A DNA stretch of 64,000 nt from an uncultured Nitrososphaerota archaeon (lineage in GTDB: Archaea; Thermoproteota; EX4484-205; JAAOZP01): positions 44,748-108,747 of the forward strand of contig CAYQCW010000002.1 in assembly GCA_964416155.1 (NCBI GenBank), in the 5' to 3' direction. A program made the translations under genes and the position numbers. The notes under the pieces are model-generated. The model was not told the origin of the DNA. It saw only the letters and a program-made list of their open reading frames with translations, and did not search any database. The number at the start of each line of letters is the position of its first letter. Position 1 is the first letter of the stretch. This document shows positions 47,738 to 57,314 of the stretch, one piece after another.

Positions 47738-49318
47738 CTAGGCAGTAATTTTCTTAACAACGCCAAGCCCCCTGGTTCTTCCCTCTCTGAAGATAAAGGT
47801 GTCGCCAATCCTCACGTATTCAGGCCTTTTTATGAATTCAAACTCGACAATATCCGTGTCCCCAGTCCTCAGGGCCGGTTTCCTCATCCTGACTATCTTC
47901 GCAGCCTGCTTAACGGTCCTAGTCTGTATAACAGGCTCGTAGCCCAACATTATGGTGGTTGGATGATGCAGTATTCTAACCTCAGCGGTAAACCGTCTCA
48001 CAGCGTAGGCTTTAGCCCCAACATCCAGCAGAACCATGCCTGTCCTAATCTCATCGTAGTCAACGTTCGTTATTGCTAGCGCGGCTATTTGGCCTGCAGT
48101 AGCCTTTTCGACGTGAACCCTGTTTATATGAATAGACTTAACCCTGACTGTTCTGAAGGAGCCGTCGTCGAAAGGCCCGAGTAGAAGCATCTCATCCTTC
48201 TTAACAACACCCTGCTCGACGAGCCCGCCTACAACGAGGCCAACACCCTCAACATAAAACTTCTCATCGATAAAGCAGAGTGTTTTCATATTGGATTTTT
48301 CAGCCCAATCCGTTTTCGGTGGAATGGCGTTTAAAAAAGCTTTCAGCTCAACCAAACCTCTTCCAGTAATGTTTGAAACCAAGAATATTGGGCAGACCCT
48401 AAGGTGTGGCATCACCCTTGACGCAAGCGAAGCGTCACTGCCGCTTTTTATCAGAAACGGTATCTTATTAACCCCGGGAAGCTTAAGAATCGTTTCAATA
48501 TCGTTGAGGGCCCTTGAAAGAACTTCCGGCGGGGCAATATCTATCTTAGTCACAACAATAAAGACAGGTATTTTTAGGGCAACAGACAACCCGAGGTGTT
48601 CCCTAAAAGTCCCTATAGGGCCAGCGTTGCTTCCAACAACTATGCAAACGTAATCGGGCAGATTTCCAAGAATGCCTCTTATCGTTGTTTTTAAATATCT
48701 TTCATGACCGGCCAAGTCTATTATGGAAATAATCTTAGAACCGTTCAGAAAAATCTTAGATTCATCATAAGAGCCCAATGAATCATTTATCGAATTACCT
48801 TTTGAGTCGAAACCTAGAAGATGGATTGAAACGGAGGAGGATCTTCTAAACTTAATTTCGTGAAGATATCTCGCAACCATGCTCATTGCAGCACCATTAC
48901 CATCGTCGAGCCTACCAGATATCAACACCCCCTTTAACGTAGATTTCCCTGAATCCACGTTTCCCAAGAGGGCTACTGAAACCTGAACAGGCGGAAAATC
49001 CGTAGTTCTTCTTACAAGTATTTCTAACACCTTCCCCCTTCTCCCCCTTTCAACCCTAGTAATCATGTAGGAGGCGCCGATCGTCTTAGCTATCATATCT
49101 AAAGCCTTCAAAGACTCTTCCGCCTCTTCATCCGTGAGACCTACAGCTTCACCCTCATCGCTCACACCTATTTCGTAGAAAGCCTCTCCCCTGCCTTCGT
49201 TAAGCCTATAGTTCAACTGGGTGGCGAGCTGTTGAAGCCTCTTTTCATCACTCGGATTAAGTAAAAGCTTATATTCTACATTCCCTTCCTCTCTCTCCTT
49301 CTCCAAACTTTCCACCAA
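47738..49318 (-). CDS. Archaeal GTPBP1-type translational GTPase
   Basis: GNVEYK N-domain, GNVDSGKST, LDDGNG, DLAGHERY, TKID, EF-Tu domains II/III (FREGRTRGLG). Confidence 0.92.
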   Translation of the reverse strand: MVESLEKEREEGNVEYKLLLNPSDEKRLQQLATQLNYRLNEGRGEAFYEIGVSDEGEAVGLTDEEAEESLKALDMIAKTIGASYMITRVERGRRGKVLEILVRRTTDFPPVQVSVALLGNVDSGKSTLKGVLISGRLDDGNGAAMSMVARYLHEIKFRRSSSVSIHLLGFDSKGNSINDSLGSYDESKIFLNGSKIISIIDLAGHERYLKTTIRGILGNLPDYVCIVVGSNAGPIGTFREHLGLSVALKIPVFIVVTKIDIAPPEVLSRALNDIETILKLPGVNKIPFLIKSGSDASLASRVMPHLRVCPIFLVSNITGRGLVELKAFLNAIPPKTDWAEKSNMKTLCFIDEKFYVEGVGLVVGGLVEQGVVKKDEMLLLGPFDDGSFRTVRVKSIHINRVHVEKATAGQIAALAITNVDYDEIRTGMVLLDVGAKAYAVRRFTAEVRILHHPTTIMLGYEPVIQTRTVKQAAKIVRMRKPALRTGDTDIVEFEFIKRPEYVRIGDTFIFREGRTRGLGVVKKITA

Positions 49319-49736
49319 GATTATTCAGGAAGTTAATTAACTTTATTAGCTTTCAGGCATAAAATAACAATAACGCACGGGTATGAAACTTTCAGCGTGT
49401 TTAAAAACTATTGAAAAACTCATGGGCAGGTTTAAAGTAAACGTGTAACAAACCGCGAGGAGAAGAAGGTCGAGGGACACCTTCTCATAGTCTAAAGAGG
49501 AACATGACTTTAAATTTGGTTAAGAAACAGGGTAAGGGAGGACTAGCATTCATTCCGCAGATAAAGGCAAAAGATATGTCAACCATGTCGTCCATCTCCC
49601 GTAGAAAACGCGTTAAAGCTATTTCATATGAAGAACTTGGAGTAGAAAGCATTAAAAAACATGGGAAAGGCGAAATAGATTTTTTAGTTGAGATTGCAAG
49701 CTACAGGAATCCATTGGCACGAGGTTTAGACCCGCC

Positions 49737-51380
49737 TCACATCGTCAAATACGCGTCAGCACGCGCTATACAAGCATCTATAAAGCCCTTGAAAAGTGGA
49801 GCGGGTTTAAGCGGTCGAGACTTAAACTCAGGATGCGCCTGCGTTGCTACAAAAAACGGGTGATTATCGAGCTCTATGAACTCCACAAGCCTACCGTCCG
49901 GAGAAACTCCGGAAAAAATCATCCCGTGGTTCTGAAGGTTTTCATGATACTTAGGGTTCACCTCGTATCGATGCCTATGTCTCTCGTAAACTATCGAAGC
50001 CCCCCCATAAAGCCTAGAGACAAGTGTCCCAGGTTTTAAAACAGCCGGGTATGCACCCAGCCTCATTGAAGCCCCATACCTTGATTCTTTCAATATTTCT
50101 TTCTGCTCCGGAAGAATGTCAATAACAGGGTGAGGCGTATCGGGGTCGAACTCCGTTGAATTAGCTCTTTCAAGGCCGATAACGTTTCTCGTGTACTCTA
50201 TGACAGCAAGCTGAAGCCCTAGACAGAGGCCCAAAAAAGGTATTTTCTTCACCCTAACATGGTTTATTGTAGCTATTTTACCTTCAATACCTTTTGTACC
50301 AAACCCGCCTGGGACAATCACCCCGTTAAGCTCGTCAAGAATCGAAAGCCTGTCAGAATCCTTTTCGAAGTCTGTCGAATCTATGAATTCGAATACTGGC
50401 CTCAAAAAATTGGTTGCGCAAGCATGTTTAACCGCCTCTATTACAGAAATATAAGCATCCGGAAGCCTGTACTCACCGATCTCAAAATATTTCCCGACTA
50501 TTCCTATCTTTACTTTCTGCGTAGCATTGTTTAAAGCGTCAACGAACTGCTTCCAGTCGTCAAGCTTAGGTTCCCTCAGCCCCATACCGAACTTCTCCAC
50601 GATCTTCTTTCCAAGGTTCTGCTGCTCAAATATTAATGGAAGCTCGTAAACGTTTTCCAAGTCGGGGTTTGAGATAATATGGTCTTTAGGCACGTTACAG
50701 AATATTGATATCTTCTCCTTCCTTACATCATCTATGAAGCCTTCAGCTCTGCAGATTATGAAATCCGGCTGTATCCCGAGTTCACCTAACTTTTCAACAG
50801 ATTGTTGAACCGGCTTAGTCTTCATCTCACCCAGGTGCCTTGGAATCGGAAGATACGCTACGTGTATGAATATCACCCTGTCTCCATCACCCTTCATCAT
50901 TCTCGCAGCCATGTAGTATATCTCACTCTGATACTCGCCGACTGTCCCTCCTATTTCGACAATGGTGAAGCCGGCTTCAGCCTCCTCAGCTGCAGCCCTT
51001 ATTCTGCGTTTTATCTCGTCAGTTATATGCGGAATAACCTCAACAGTCTTGCCTAAGTATTCACCCCTCCTCTCCCTCTCGATAATCGCCCCATATATCT
51101 GGCCGGTTGTAATATTGTTCCTCCTGGGAATGTTTATGTCCAGGAACCTTTCATAGTGTCCAAGGTCCTGGTCTATCTCCCCAGCGTCCTCAGTAACCCA
51201 GACCTCGCCGTGCTCAGTCGGCCTGAGAGTGCCAGCGTCATAATTAAGATAGGGATCTATTTTCACAGCTGTTACACGGTAACCCCTTGCCTGAAGAATC
51301 TTGCCTATCGAGGCCGCAGTAATACCTTTCCCTATGCCGCTGATAACCCCGCCGGTCACAAATATGTAGTTTGCACGCAT
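49737..51380 (-). CDS. pyrG: CTP synthase
   Basis: YIFVTGGVISGIGKG, DLGHYERF, KTKP, GLCLG, ERHRHRYE, HPEF. Confidence 0.98.
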   Translation of the reverse strand: MRANYIFVTGGVISGIGKGITAASIGKILQARGYRVTAVKIDPYLNYDAGTLRPTEHGEVWVTEDAGEIDQDLGHYERFLDINIPRRNNITTGQIYGAIIERERRGEYLGKTVEVIPHITDEIKRRIRAAAEEAEAGFTIVEIGGTVGEYQSEIYYMAARMMKGDGDRVIFIHVAYLPIPRHLGEMKTKPVQQSVEKLGELGIQPDFIICRAEGFIDDVRKEKISIFCNVPKDHIISNPDLENVYELPLIFEQQNLGKKIVEKFGMGLREPKLDDWKQFVDALNNATQKVKIGIVGKYFEIGEYRLPDAYISVIEAVKHACATNFLRPVFEFIDSTDFEKDSDRLSILDELNGVIVPGGFGTKGIEGKIATINHVRVKKIPFLGLCLGLQLAVIEYTRNVIGLERANSTEFDPDTPHPVIDILPEQKEILKESRYGASMRLGAYPAVLKPGTLVSRLYGGASIVYERHRHRYEVNPKYHENLQNHGMIFSGVSPDGRLVEFIELDNHPFFVATQAHPEFKSRPLKPAPLFKGFIDACIARADAYLTM

Positions 51381-51488
51381 GACGGAAACCACAGTAACCC
51401 TGTAATAAGCCTTTCCTCTCGAATAGACGTGGTGAAAGAATGTCTGAAACAAAAAGTTTTTTAAGATTGGAATAATCCTGCAGACGCC

Positions 51489-52505
51489 TTGAGATTCCTC
51501 AGGTGTAAGGAAACAGCCCCGCGCATAAGAGGGAGGGTGGCAGTAATCGGTGCTGGACCAGCTGGGCTGACTGCAGCAGGCTCCTTGATCTGCGAAGGAG
51601 TTGAGGTTGATGTTTACGACATGCTGCCTGAGGCAGGTGGCCTACTCTTATTCGGCATCCCTGAGTTCAGAATACCGAAGAAGAGTGTCAGAGAGGGTGT
51701 GAAGGAGCTCGTTGAGAAAGGGGTTTACTTTCACCTTGGCAAGAAGGTTTACGACGCAGAGATCTTCGACGTGGATTTCAGCGAGATAGTAGAGAAATAC
51801 GACGCCACCCTGATAGCGACGGGAGCCTGGGAACCGCGTAGGCTGAAAGTTGAGGGAGAGGAGCTAGACGGCATTTTCCACGCAGCCCCATATATCGTAA
51901 AATACTATTTGACTAAGTTTGGCTACTCTCCGCCCTCAAGCCTTCCAAGCCTGGGAGCCTCCGTCGCAGTCATCGGAGCCGGCCTAACAGCCGTAGACTC
52001 GGCCCTTCTCGCCCTTGAAATCGGCGTTAAGGAGGTTTCGCTAGTGTACAGGAGGACTAGGAGAGAGGCTCCGGCGGGTGAAAAAGAGCTTAAAATGCTT
52101 GAGGACAAGGGTGTTGAAATAGTTGAGCTTAAGACCCCTGTCGGATTCAAGGGTGAAGACGGGAGGGTTAGGCAGATGATCACCATGGATATTAAGCTCG
52201 GTCCTCCTGACAAGAGTGGGAGACCCTCTCCCACACCTGTCCCCGGGTCTGAGAAAGCGTTTGAAGTCGACTCAGTAATAGTGGCGACAGGAGGGCGTTC
52301 CACACCTCCCTTCAAGAAATACTCGGACAGAATACATGTGGCTGAAGATGGTAGGATAATTGTGGACGACAAGAGGAGGACGAGTTGGAAAGGTGTTTTC
52401 GCAGCCGGAGACGTTGAATCAGGACCCTCTCTAATAGGGCCGGCTTTTAAATCAGGTTTGATCGCGGCAGAATCAATAAAGGAATACTTGGTTCAACGCA
52501 TGTAG
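51489..52505 (+). CDS. FAD/NAD(P)-dependent oxidoreductase (short GltD/SudA-like)
   Basis: VAVIGAGPAG, GGLLLFGIPEFR, GAGLTAVD, YRR, VFAAGD; no N-terminal Fe-S domain. Confidence 0.88.
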   Translation: MRFLRCKETAPRIRGRVAVIGAGPAGLTAAGSLICEGVEVDVYDMLPEAGGLLLFGIPEFRIPKKSVREGVKELVEKGVYFHLGKKVYDAEIFDVDFSEIVEKYDATLIATGAWEPRRLKVEGEELDGIFHAAPYIVKYYLTKFGYSPPSSLPSLGASVAVIGAGLTAVDSALLALEIGVKEVSLVYRRTRREAPAGEKELKMLEDKGVEIVELKTPVGFKGEDGRVRQMITMDIKLGPPDKSGRPSPTPVPGSEKAFEVDSVIVATGGRSTPPFKKYSDRIHVAEDGRIIVDDKRRTSWKGVFAAGDVESGPSLIGPAFKSGLIAAESIKEYLVQRM

Positions 52506-52557
52506 CGTTCCAAGCAGATTATTTTTCGAAACGATGGGCGCTTAAACAGGGACAGGT

Positions 52558-53619
52558 TTAGAAGTCCCATTCGACAGGAATTTCCCTATCCTCAACTGCA
52601 GACCTGTATATTGCTTCAAGAATAGCTTGAACCCTGACCCCCTCGATGGCCGGAGAGAACAGTGGCCTGCCTTCTTTAACCGACTCTATGAACTTCCGGA
52701 TTCTCATCTCATATATGTCTACGTTGGGCATCTGATCCTGTGGCCTAATCGTCACCCTAACGCCTTGAATCTCCTTATATATTTCGAATGGGTCTAGCTG
52801 GGCTCCGCCGCTCGACCCAAGTAGTTCAACGCTAAACCTGTCTCTATCTATGAACGAAGCCCAGTTCGTTTCAAGAAGCATTGTGAAACCGTTTTTAAAC
52901 TTGACCATGCTGAAAGCATTATCCTCAACCTCAAACTCCGCTGGGCCCCATGTTCCACCCCAGCAGCCCCGCCCAGCAATTTCAGGATTGTTTCCGAACT
53001 TTGTGTAAAACACTCCGAAGGCCGATTTAGGCCGAGGGAAATTCATGATATACATCGTGGAGTCAACGGCGTAGCAGCCTATGTCGAACAACGGGCCTGC
53101 CCCCGCAAGCTTCCTGCTTATGAAGGTTTTTCTCGGAGGTATGCCCCACCTTCTCAAAGCCATCGCCCTAGAATAGTAGATTTCACCGAGTTCACCTTCG
53201 TTAACCATGTTCCTCAACATGTTTAAATCAGGTTTAAACCTAGTCTGAAAGCCTACGATAAGGATTCCACCAGTCTTCCTAGACGTTTCATACATCTCCA
53301 ATGCATCCCTCAGGTTGCCAGCCATAGGCTTCTCCGTCAAAACATGCGCACCAGCCTTCAAAGCTGCGACAGCAGGATCCTTGTGGAACATGTTTGGGGT
53401 GCAGACGCTTACCGCGTCAAGCTCCTCCTTATCAAACATGTCGTTGAAATCCGCGTAGTAACGCGGTATTTTAAAATCCTCAGTTAAGCTTCTCGCAGCG
53501 TTAACATCAACGTCAGCACATGCAACGACTTCAACATCGCTAATCTTCCTATAGTGTGGAACATGGGTTCCCCTTGCTATTCCGCCGCAGCCAACTATAC
53601 CCACCCTGATCCTGCTCAT
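52558..53619 (-). CDS. Gfo/Idh/MocA oxidoreductase
   Basis: VGIVGCGGIA, CTPNMFH, EKPM, GPLFDIGCY. Confidence 0.93.
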   Translation of the reverse strand: MSRIRVGIVGCGGIARGTHVPHYRKISDVEVVACADVDVNAARSLTEDFKIPRYYADFNDMFDKEELDAVSVCTPNMFHKDPAVAALKAGAHVLTEKPMAGNLRDALEMYETSRKTGGILIVGFQTRFKPDLNMLRNMVNEGELGEIYYSRAMALRRWGIPPRKTFISRKLAGAGPLFDIGCYAVDSTMYIMNFPRPKSAFGVFYTKFGNNPEIAGRGCWGGTWGPAEFEVEDNAFSMVKFKNGFTMLLETNWASFIDRDRFSVELLGSSGGAQLDPFEIYKEIQGVRVTIRPQDQMPNVDIYEMRIRKFIESVKEGRPLFSPAIEGVRVQAILEAIYRSAVEDREIPVEWDF

Positions 53620-53960
53620 TTCAACCCGGGGGAGAAAGAGGTTTTTAATAAGATTTACTGAAGCCTCTTTTTCAGCAGTAGAGTTTGAAATTCTCTACGT
53701 CTCGACGCGGAGGCTTCCGGTTCGTCGCCCCTGTAGGCTCATCTTGCTGGGTTAGGACTGTCAAGCCGGCACCTGCTATACGCGTGTAGCACATGGCCCG
53801 CTTCATAATGCGCAACACATATTGTAGTCAGCATTGCAACACGCTGAGTAAGAGCTAAAAAGCATAGAATTAATGTTTATGTTGCAAGCATCGCACGCCA
53901 TGCGGTGATCTTCTAAACATGTTTAGAAGAAAGTAGAGTTTAAAAGCTGCGGGCTATCCC

Positions 53961-55205
53961 TTGATGCTTCTGATGGCTGGCAATGAAAACAAGAAGAAGC
54001 TAAGACTGATGTATGGGAGGGTTTTCACCAGCTCTCTAAGCAACAGCATGGTCTTCCCATTCATTTATGTTTACGCCGCCAGAATCGGGGCCTCCCCGGG
54101 AGAAATAGGCTGGATGCATTCTTTCAACAACCTTTTCGTCAACAGCCTCCAAGTACCTTGGGGAAGGCTCAGCGACATGCTTGGGAGAAGGGTCAGCATG
54201 ATAGTTGTCACAAGCATCGCAGCATCGCTCATCTGGATACCTATGGCTTTGACGGCTGAGCCGAAAACATTTCTAATCCTTGTTGCACTATGCTTCTTCC
54301 TGAGCTCAGCCGCAGTCCCTGCTTGGAACGCTCTTTTAAGAGAGACGACGCAGCCCTCCTCGAGAAGCATAGTGGTTTCAAACATGAACATCGCCTCTCT
54401 TCTTGGAAGCCTGGTTGCAACAGCATTCTCAGGATGGCTTATAGACTACTCAGGGGGGAGCCTTCTAGCACCCTCGGCAATAGGGGTTTCCGTAAGCCTA
54501 CCAGGGTCCCTAATACTCTTAAGGATAAAGGAGGGCAGGATTCGCAAAACCAGTTTCAAAAGCATCATGTCCACATTCAGAATCTCCGACATACCCAGTT
54601 TAATAAACGAGAGCAGTGATTTCAAGCTCTTCCTAAAAATGTCAGCATTACAAGGTTTCTTCATGTCTCTAGCTTGGCCCCTTTTCACAATCACTACCGC
54701 GACAATCCTTAACCTAAGCATGACTGAGGTTGGAGCCATCTCGGTGATTCAAACAATCGCCACGCTAATAGCTCAACCCTTCATGGGACGCCTAGCCACC
54801 GTAAAGGGCAAAAAGCCCCTAATAGTCCTATATTATGTTTCGCTCACCGCAGTGCCATTAGCATACTGTTTCGCACAAAGCTTTCTCCACCTTGCTATTC
54901 TTAGCGTTTACCTCGGCACCATGTTGGCCGTGGGTAACGCGACAATCCTCCCCTATATTCTAGACATTATTCCTGAAGACCGTGTTGGTGAGCTGACTTC
55001 CATATACAACATGGTAACTGGAATATCGTATTTCACGGGCTCGGCTGTCGGAGGGAACATGGAGGAGTTCATGAGCCTCCGTTTCGGGAGGCAGTTGAGC
55101 CTTCAAATAGGATACTTCATTTCCGCAGCCGGAAGGCTTGTTTCAGGATTCTTCTTTATCAGGATGAATAAGCCCTCTACTAGAAAGGTTGGGAAAAACG
55201 GCTGA
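53961..55205 (+). CDS. MFS transporter
   Basis: WGRLSDMLGRR motif A; about 12 TMs. Confidence 0.9.
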   Translation: MMLLMAGNENKKKLRLMYGRVFTSSLSNSMVFPFIYVYAARIGASPGEIGWMHSFNNLFVNSLQVPWGRLSDMLGRRVSMIVVTSIAASLIWIPMALTAEPKTFLILVALCFFLSSAAVPAWNALLRETTQPSSRSIVVSNMNIASLLGSLVATAFSGWLIDYSGGSLLAPSAIGVSVSLPGSLILLRIKEGRIRKTSFKSIMSTFRISDIPSLINESSDFKLFLKMSALQGFFMSLAWPLFTITTATILNLSMTEVGAISVIQTIATLIAQPFMGRLATVKGKKPLIVLYYVSLTAVPLAYCFAQSFLHLAILSVYLGTMLAVGNATILPYILDIIPEDRVGELTSIYNMVTGISYFTGSAVGGNMEEFMSLRFGRQLSLQIGYFISAAGRLVSGFFFIRMNKPSTRKVGKNG

Positions 55206-55301
55206 GCTGCCATCACAGGATTTCAGGCCTTTAGGAACAGTTATTCTCTGAAAATCCGGCTGCTCGCAACCATATTCGGCACCCGGCCGTTACCAGAGTC
55301 A

Positions 55302-56240
55302 TTAGAAGAAGTCTACCGACAATTTTTTGAGAACACTATCTATCTCCATGAGCTCCTGCTCGCTCAGCCTCCAGCCTGCTGCGCCAGCATTCTCCTCAGC
55401 CTGCACAGGGTTCTTCGCCCCAGGTATCGGGACAACATTCTCCTCTCTCAGCAGCCAGTTCATAGCGACCTGAGCAATAGTCTTGCCCCTTACCTTGGCA
55501 ATCTTCTCCAAGACTTTCAGGAGACGGCTTATCTCAGCAAGGTTCTCGTCCATGAAAAGCTTGTTCCCTCCTCTAATACTGTCCGAAGGCTTATTGCTTA
55601 AACAATACTTTCCGGTTAACGCGCCCTGAGCAAGAGGACTATACGCGATCACCGTTATGTTCTCCCTCCTGCAGTAGGGCAGAACCTCCTCCTCAATCTC
55701 CCGCTGCAGCATGTTATACCTAACCTGGTTTGAAACGATGCTTGGTTCAGACAAGTGTCTCCTTGCCTCCTCCAAGTCTCTGACGGCGAAATTGCTAACA
55801 CCGATGGCTCTTATCTTACCCTCCTTATAAAGCCTCTCCATGGCGTGCATAGTATGCTTCAGCGGAACCTGCTCCCACGGGTCCGGCCAGTGAACCTGGT
55901 AAAGGTCTATCTCTCTTACTCCAAGCCTCCTTAAACTGTGTTCAGCAGCCTTTAAAACATCGTTGTACCTTAAGTGCCCGCCGTGAACCTTGGTGGCGAT
56001 GACAAGGTTCTCTCTTCCAACCTCCCTTACGGCTCTGGCAACAACCTCTTCAGAATGACCTCCACCGTATGCTTCGGCAGTATCTATGAGGTTAACCCCG
56101 AGCTCGTGAGCCCTGACTATCGCCCTTACTATCTGATCGTCCTCAACATCAGCACCCCAGGCTTTCCCACTCGCCTGCCAAGCACCCAAGCCTACTACAG
56201 AGACCTTTAAACCGCTCCTACCCAGCTCAACATACTCCAA
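55302..56240 (-). CDS. Aldo/keto reductase
   Basis: IDTAEAYG, IATK, DLYQVHWPD, IGVSNF, YSPLAQG, IPGA. Confidence 0.96.
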   Translation of the reverse strand: MEYVELGRSGLKVSVVGLGAWQASGKAWGADVEDDQIVRAIVRAHELGVNLIDTAEAYGGGHSEEVVARAVREVGRENLVIATKVHGGHLRYNDVLKAAEHSLRRLGVREIDLYQVHWPDPWEQVPLKHTMHAMERLYKEGKIRAIGVSNFAVRDLEEARRHLSEPSIVSNQVRYNMLQREIEEEVLPYCRRENITVIAYSPLAQGALTGKYCLSNKPSDSIRGGNKLFMDENLAEISRLLKVLEKIAKVRGKTIAQVAMNWLLREENVVPIPGAKNPVQAEENAGAAGWRLSEQELMEIDSVLKKLSVDFF

Positions 56241-56407
56241 CGGGCATCACTATTTTTAAAACAACACTAACCTTATTAAAGGTTCTACGAACATTAAGAA
56301 TTCTAAACTATTTTTAAACACATTTAAACCATATTATAAAAAAGGGCGTTAAGCGCATGGAATTGTTTTATTATGATTGAAAAATAAGTTTATAAGGAAA
56401 GCCTGAA

Positions 56408-57247
56408 ATGCCCATATGGAACATGGAGGAGAAGCCTGTTAAAAACCTCGGCGGTGGAAAGATCGAGAGGCTTAACCCGAAGGAAGTGTTATGCGCTGAG
56501 CAGCATCCTGAAGCCGAGCTCATCGAGATCTCTGTAAAGGCTAGAACCCCGGGGGTTTTCACAAAGATTTTTAAGACTTTTTATGAAAGAAGGGTTAGGC
56601 TTTTCTCTGGTTTCTACACGGTGAGCAGGGAGGGCGACAATGTTCTCATAGGCGCTTTCATAGATATTTCAAACAGTGATGCTCGGGCAAAGGACATCGC
56701 CACGGATCTGGAGAGCATTGAAGGAGTCTTAGAGGTTAATTTTTCCGAGAAAAGGTTTAGCGGGCTGATTATAGATACCTTACACTTCCCACTTCTGGTT
56801 TCCGGCGAGAGGAGCTTCACGTTCAGGGTTGAAACCTTTGGAAGAATTGTCGAGAGTCTCTACGAGAAGTTTGGAACCGGGGCGGCTGTCGTGCTATACC
56901 AGATGGGAGTGTCAGCCGGGGAAGACAAGGCGAGAAGCGTTTTGAACAAGCATCGCGCGAGTAGGCTGGACGTTTTAAAGCTGATACTGGCGGAGAGGAT
57001 TGCTAAAGGCTGGTGTATGGCTGAAATAGTGGAGTTCAACAATGGGGGAGCAACACTGATAGTTAGAGAATTGTTCGAATGCCTGCCTTTCAAAGGGAAG
57101 AGGGGGGAGGCTTTCAGCCAGTTCTTCAGAGGATATTTAGCAGGGGTGTTTGAACACATTTTAAACACAAGCGTAAGCGTAGTGGAGGCCGAGTGTATCG
57201 CTAAGGGCGATCCCGCATGCAGGTTTATTGTTCAAGCCAGGCGTTAG
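56408..57247 (+). CDS. ACT-like + V4R domain protein
   Basis: TPGVFTKI (ACT-like); LYQMG, KGW, FEC, FFRGYLAG, ECIAKGDPACRF (V4R). Confidence 0.85.
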   Translation: MPIWNMEEKPVKNLGGGKIERLNPKEVLCAEQHPEAELIEISVKARTPGVFTKIFKTFYERRVRLFSGFYTVSREGDNVLIGAFIDISNSDARAKDIATDLESIEGVLEVNFSEKRFSGLIIDTLHFPLLVSGERSFTFRVETFGRIVESLYEKFGTGAAVVLYQMGVSAGEDKARSVLNKHRASRLDVLKLILAERIAKGWCMAEIVEFNNGGATLIVRELFECLPFKGKRGEAFSQFFRGYLAGVFEHILNTSVSVVEAECIAKGDPACRFIVQARR

Positions 57248-57314
57248 AAAACCCTCGGGCTAAGAACCGTTAACATCTCTAAAGTTTATATTTTCCACAG
57301 GGTTATGGCTGCTC

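Noticed and set aside
49504-49736. ORF fragment KAISYEELGVESI, vaguely like an Fe-S hydro-lyase beta subunit
   Set aside because: Similarity too short to support; the ORF runs antisense into pyrG.
53640-53950. Long intergenic region with small hairpins and a minus-strand AHYEAGH fragment
   Set aside because: No RNA-family consensus or sustained ORF recognised.
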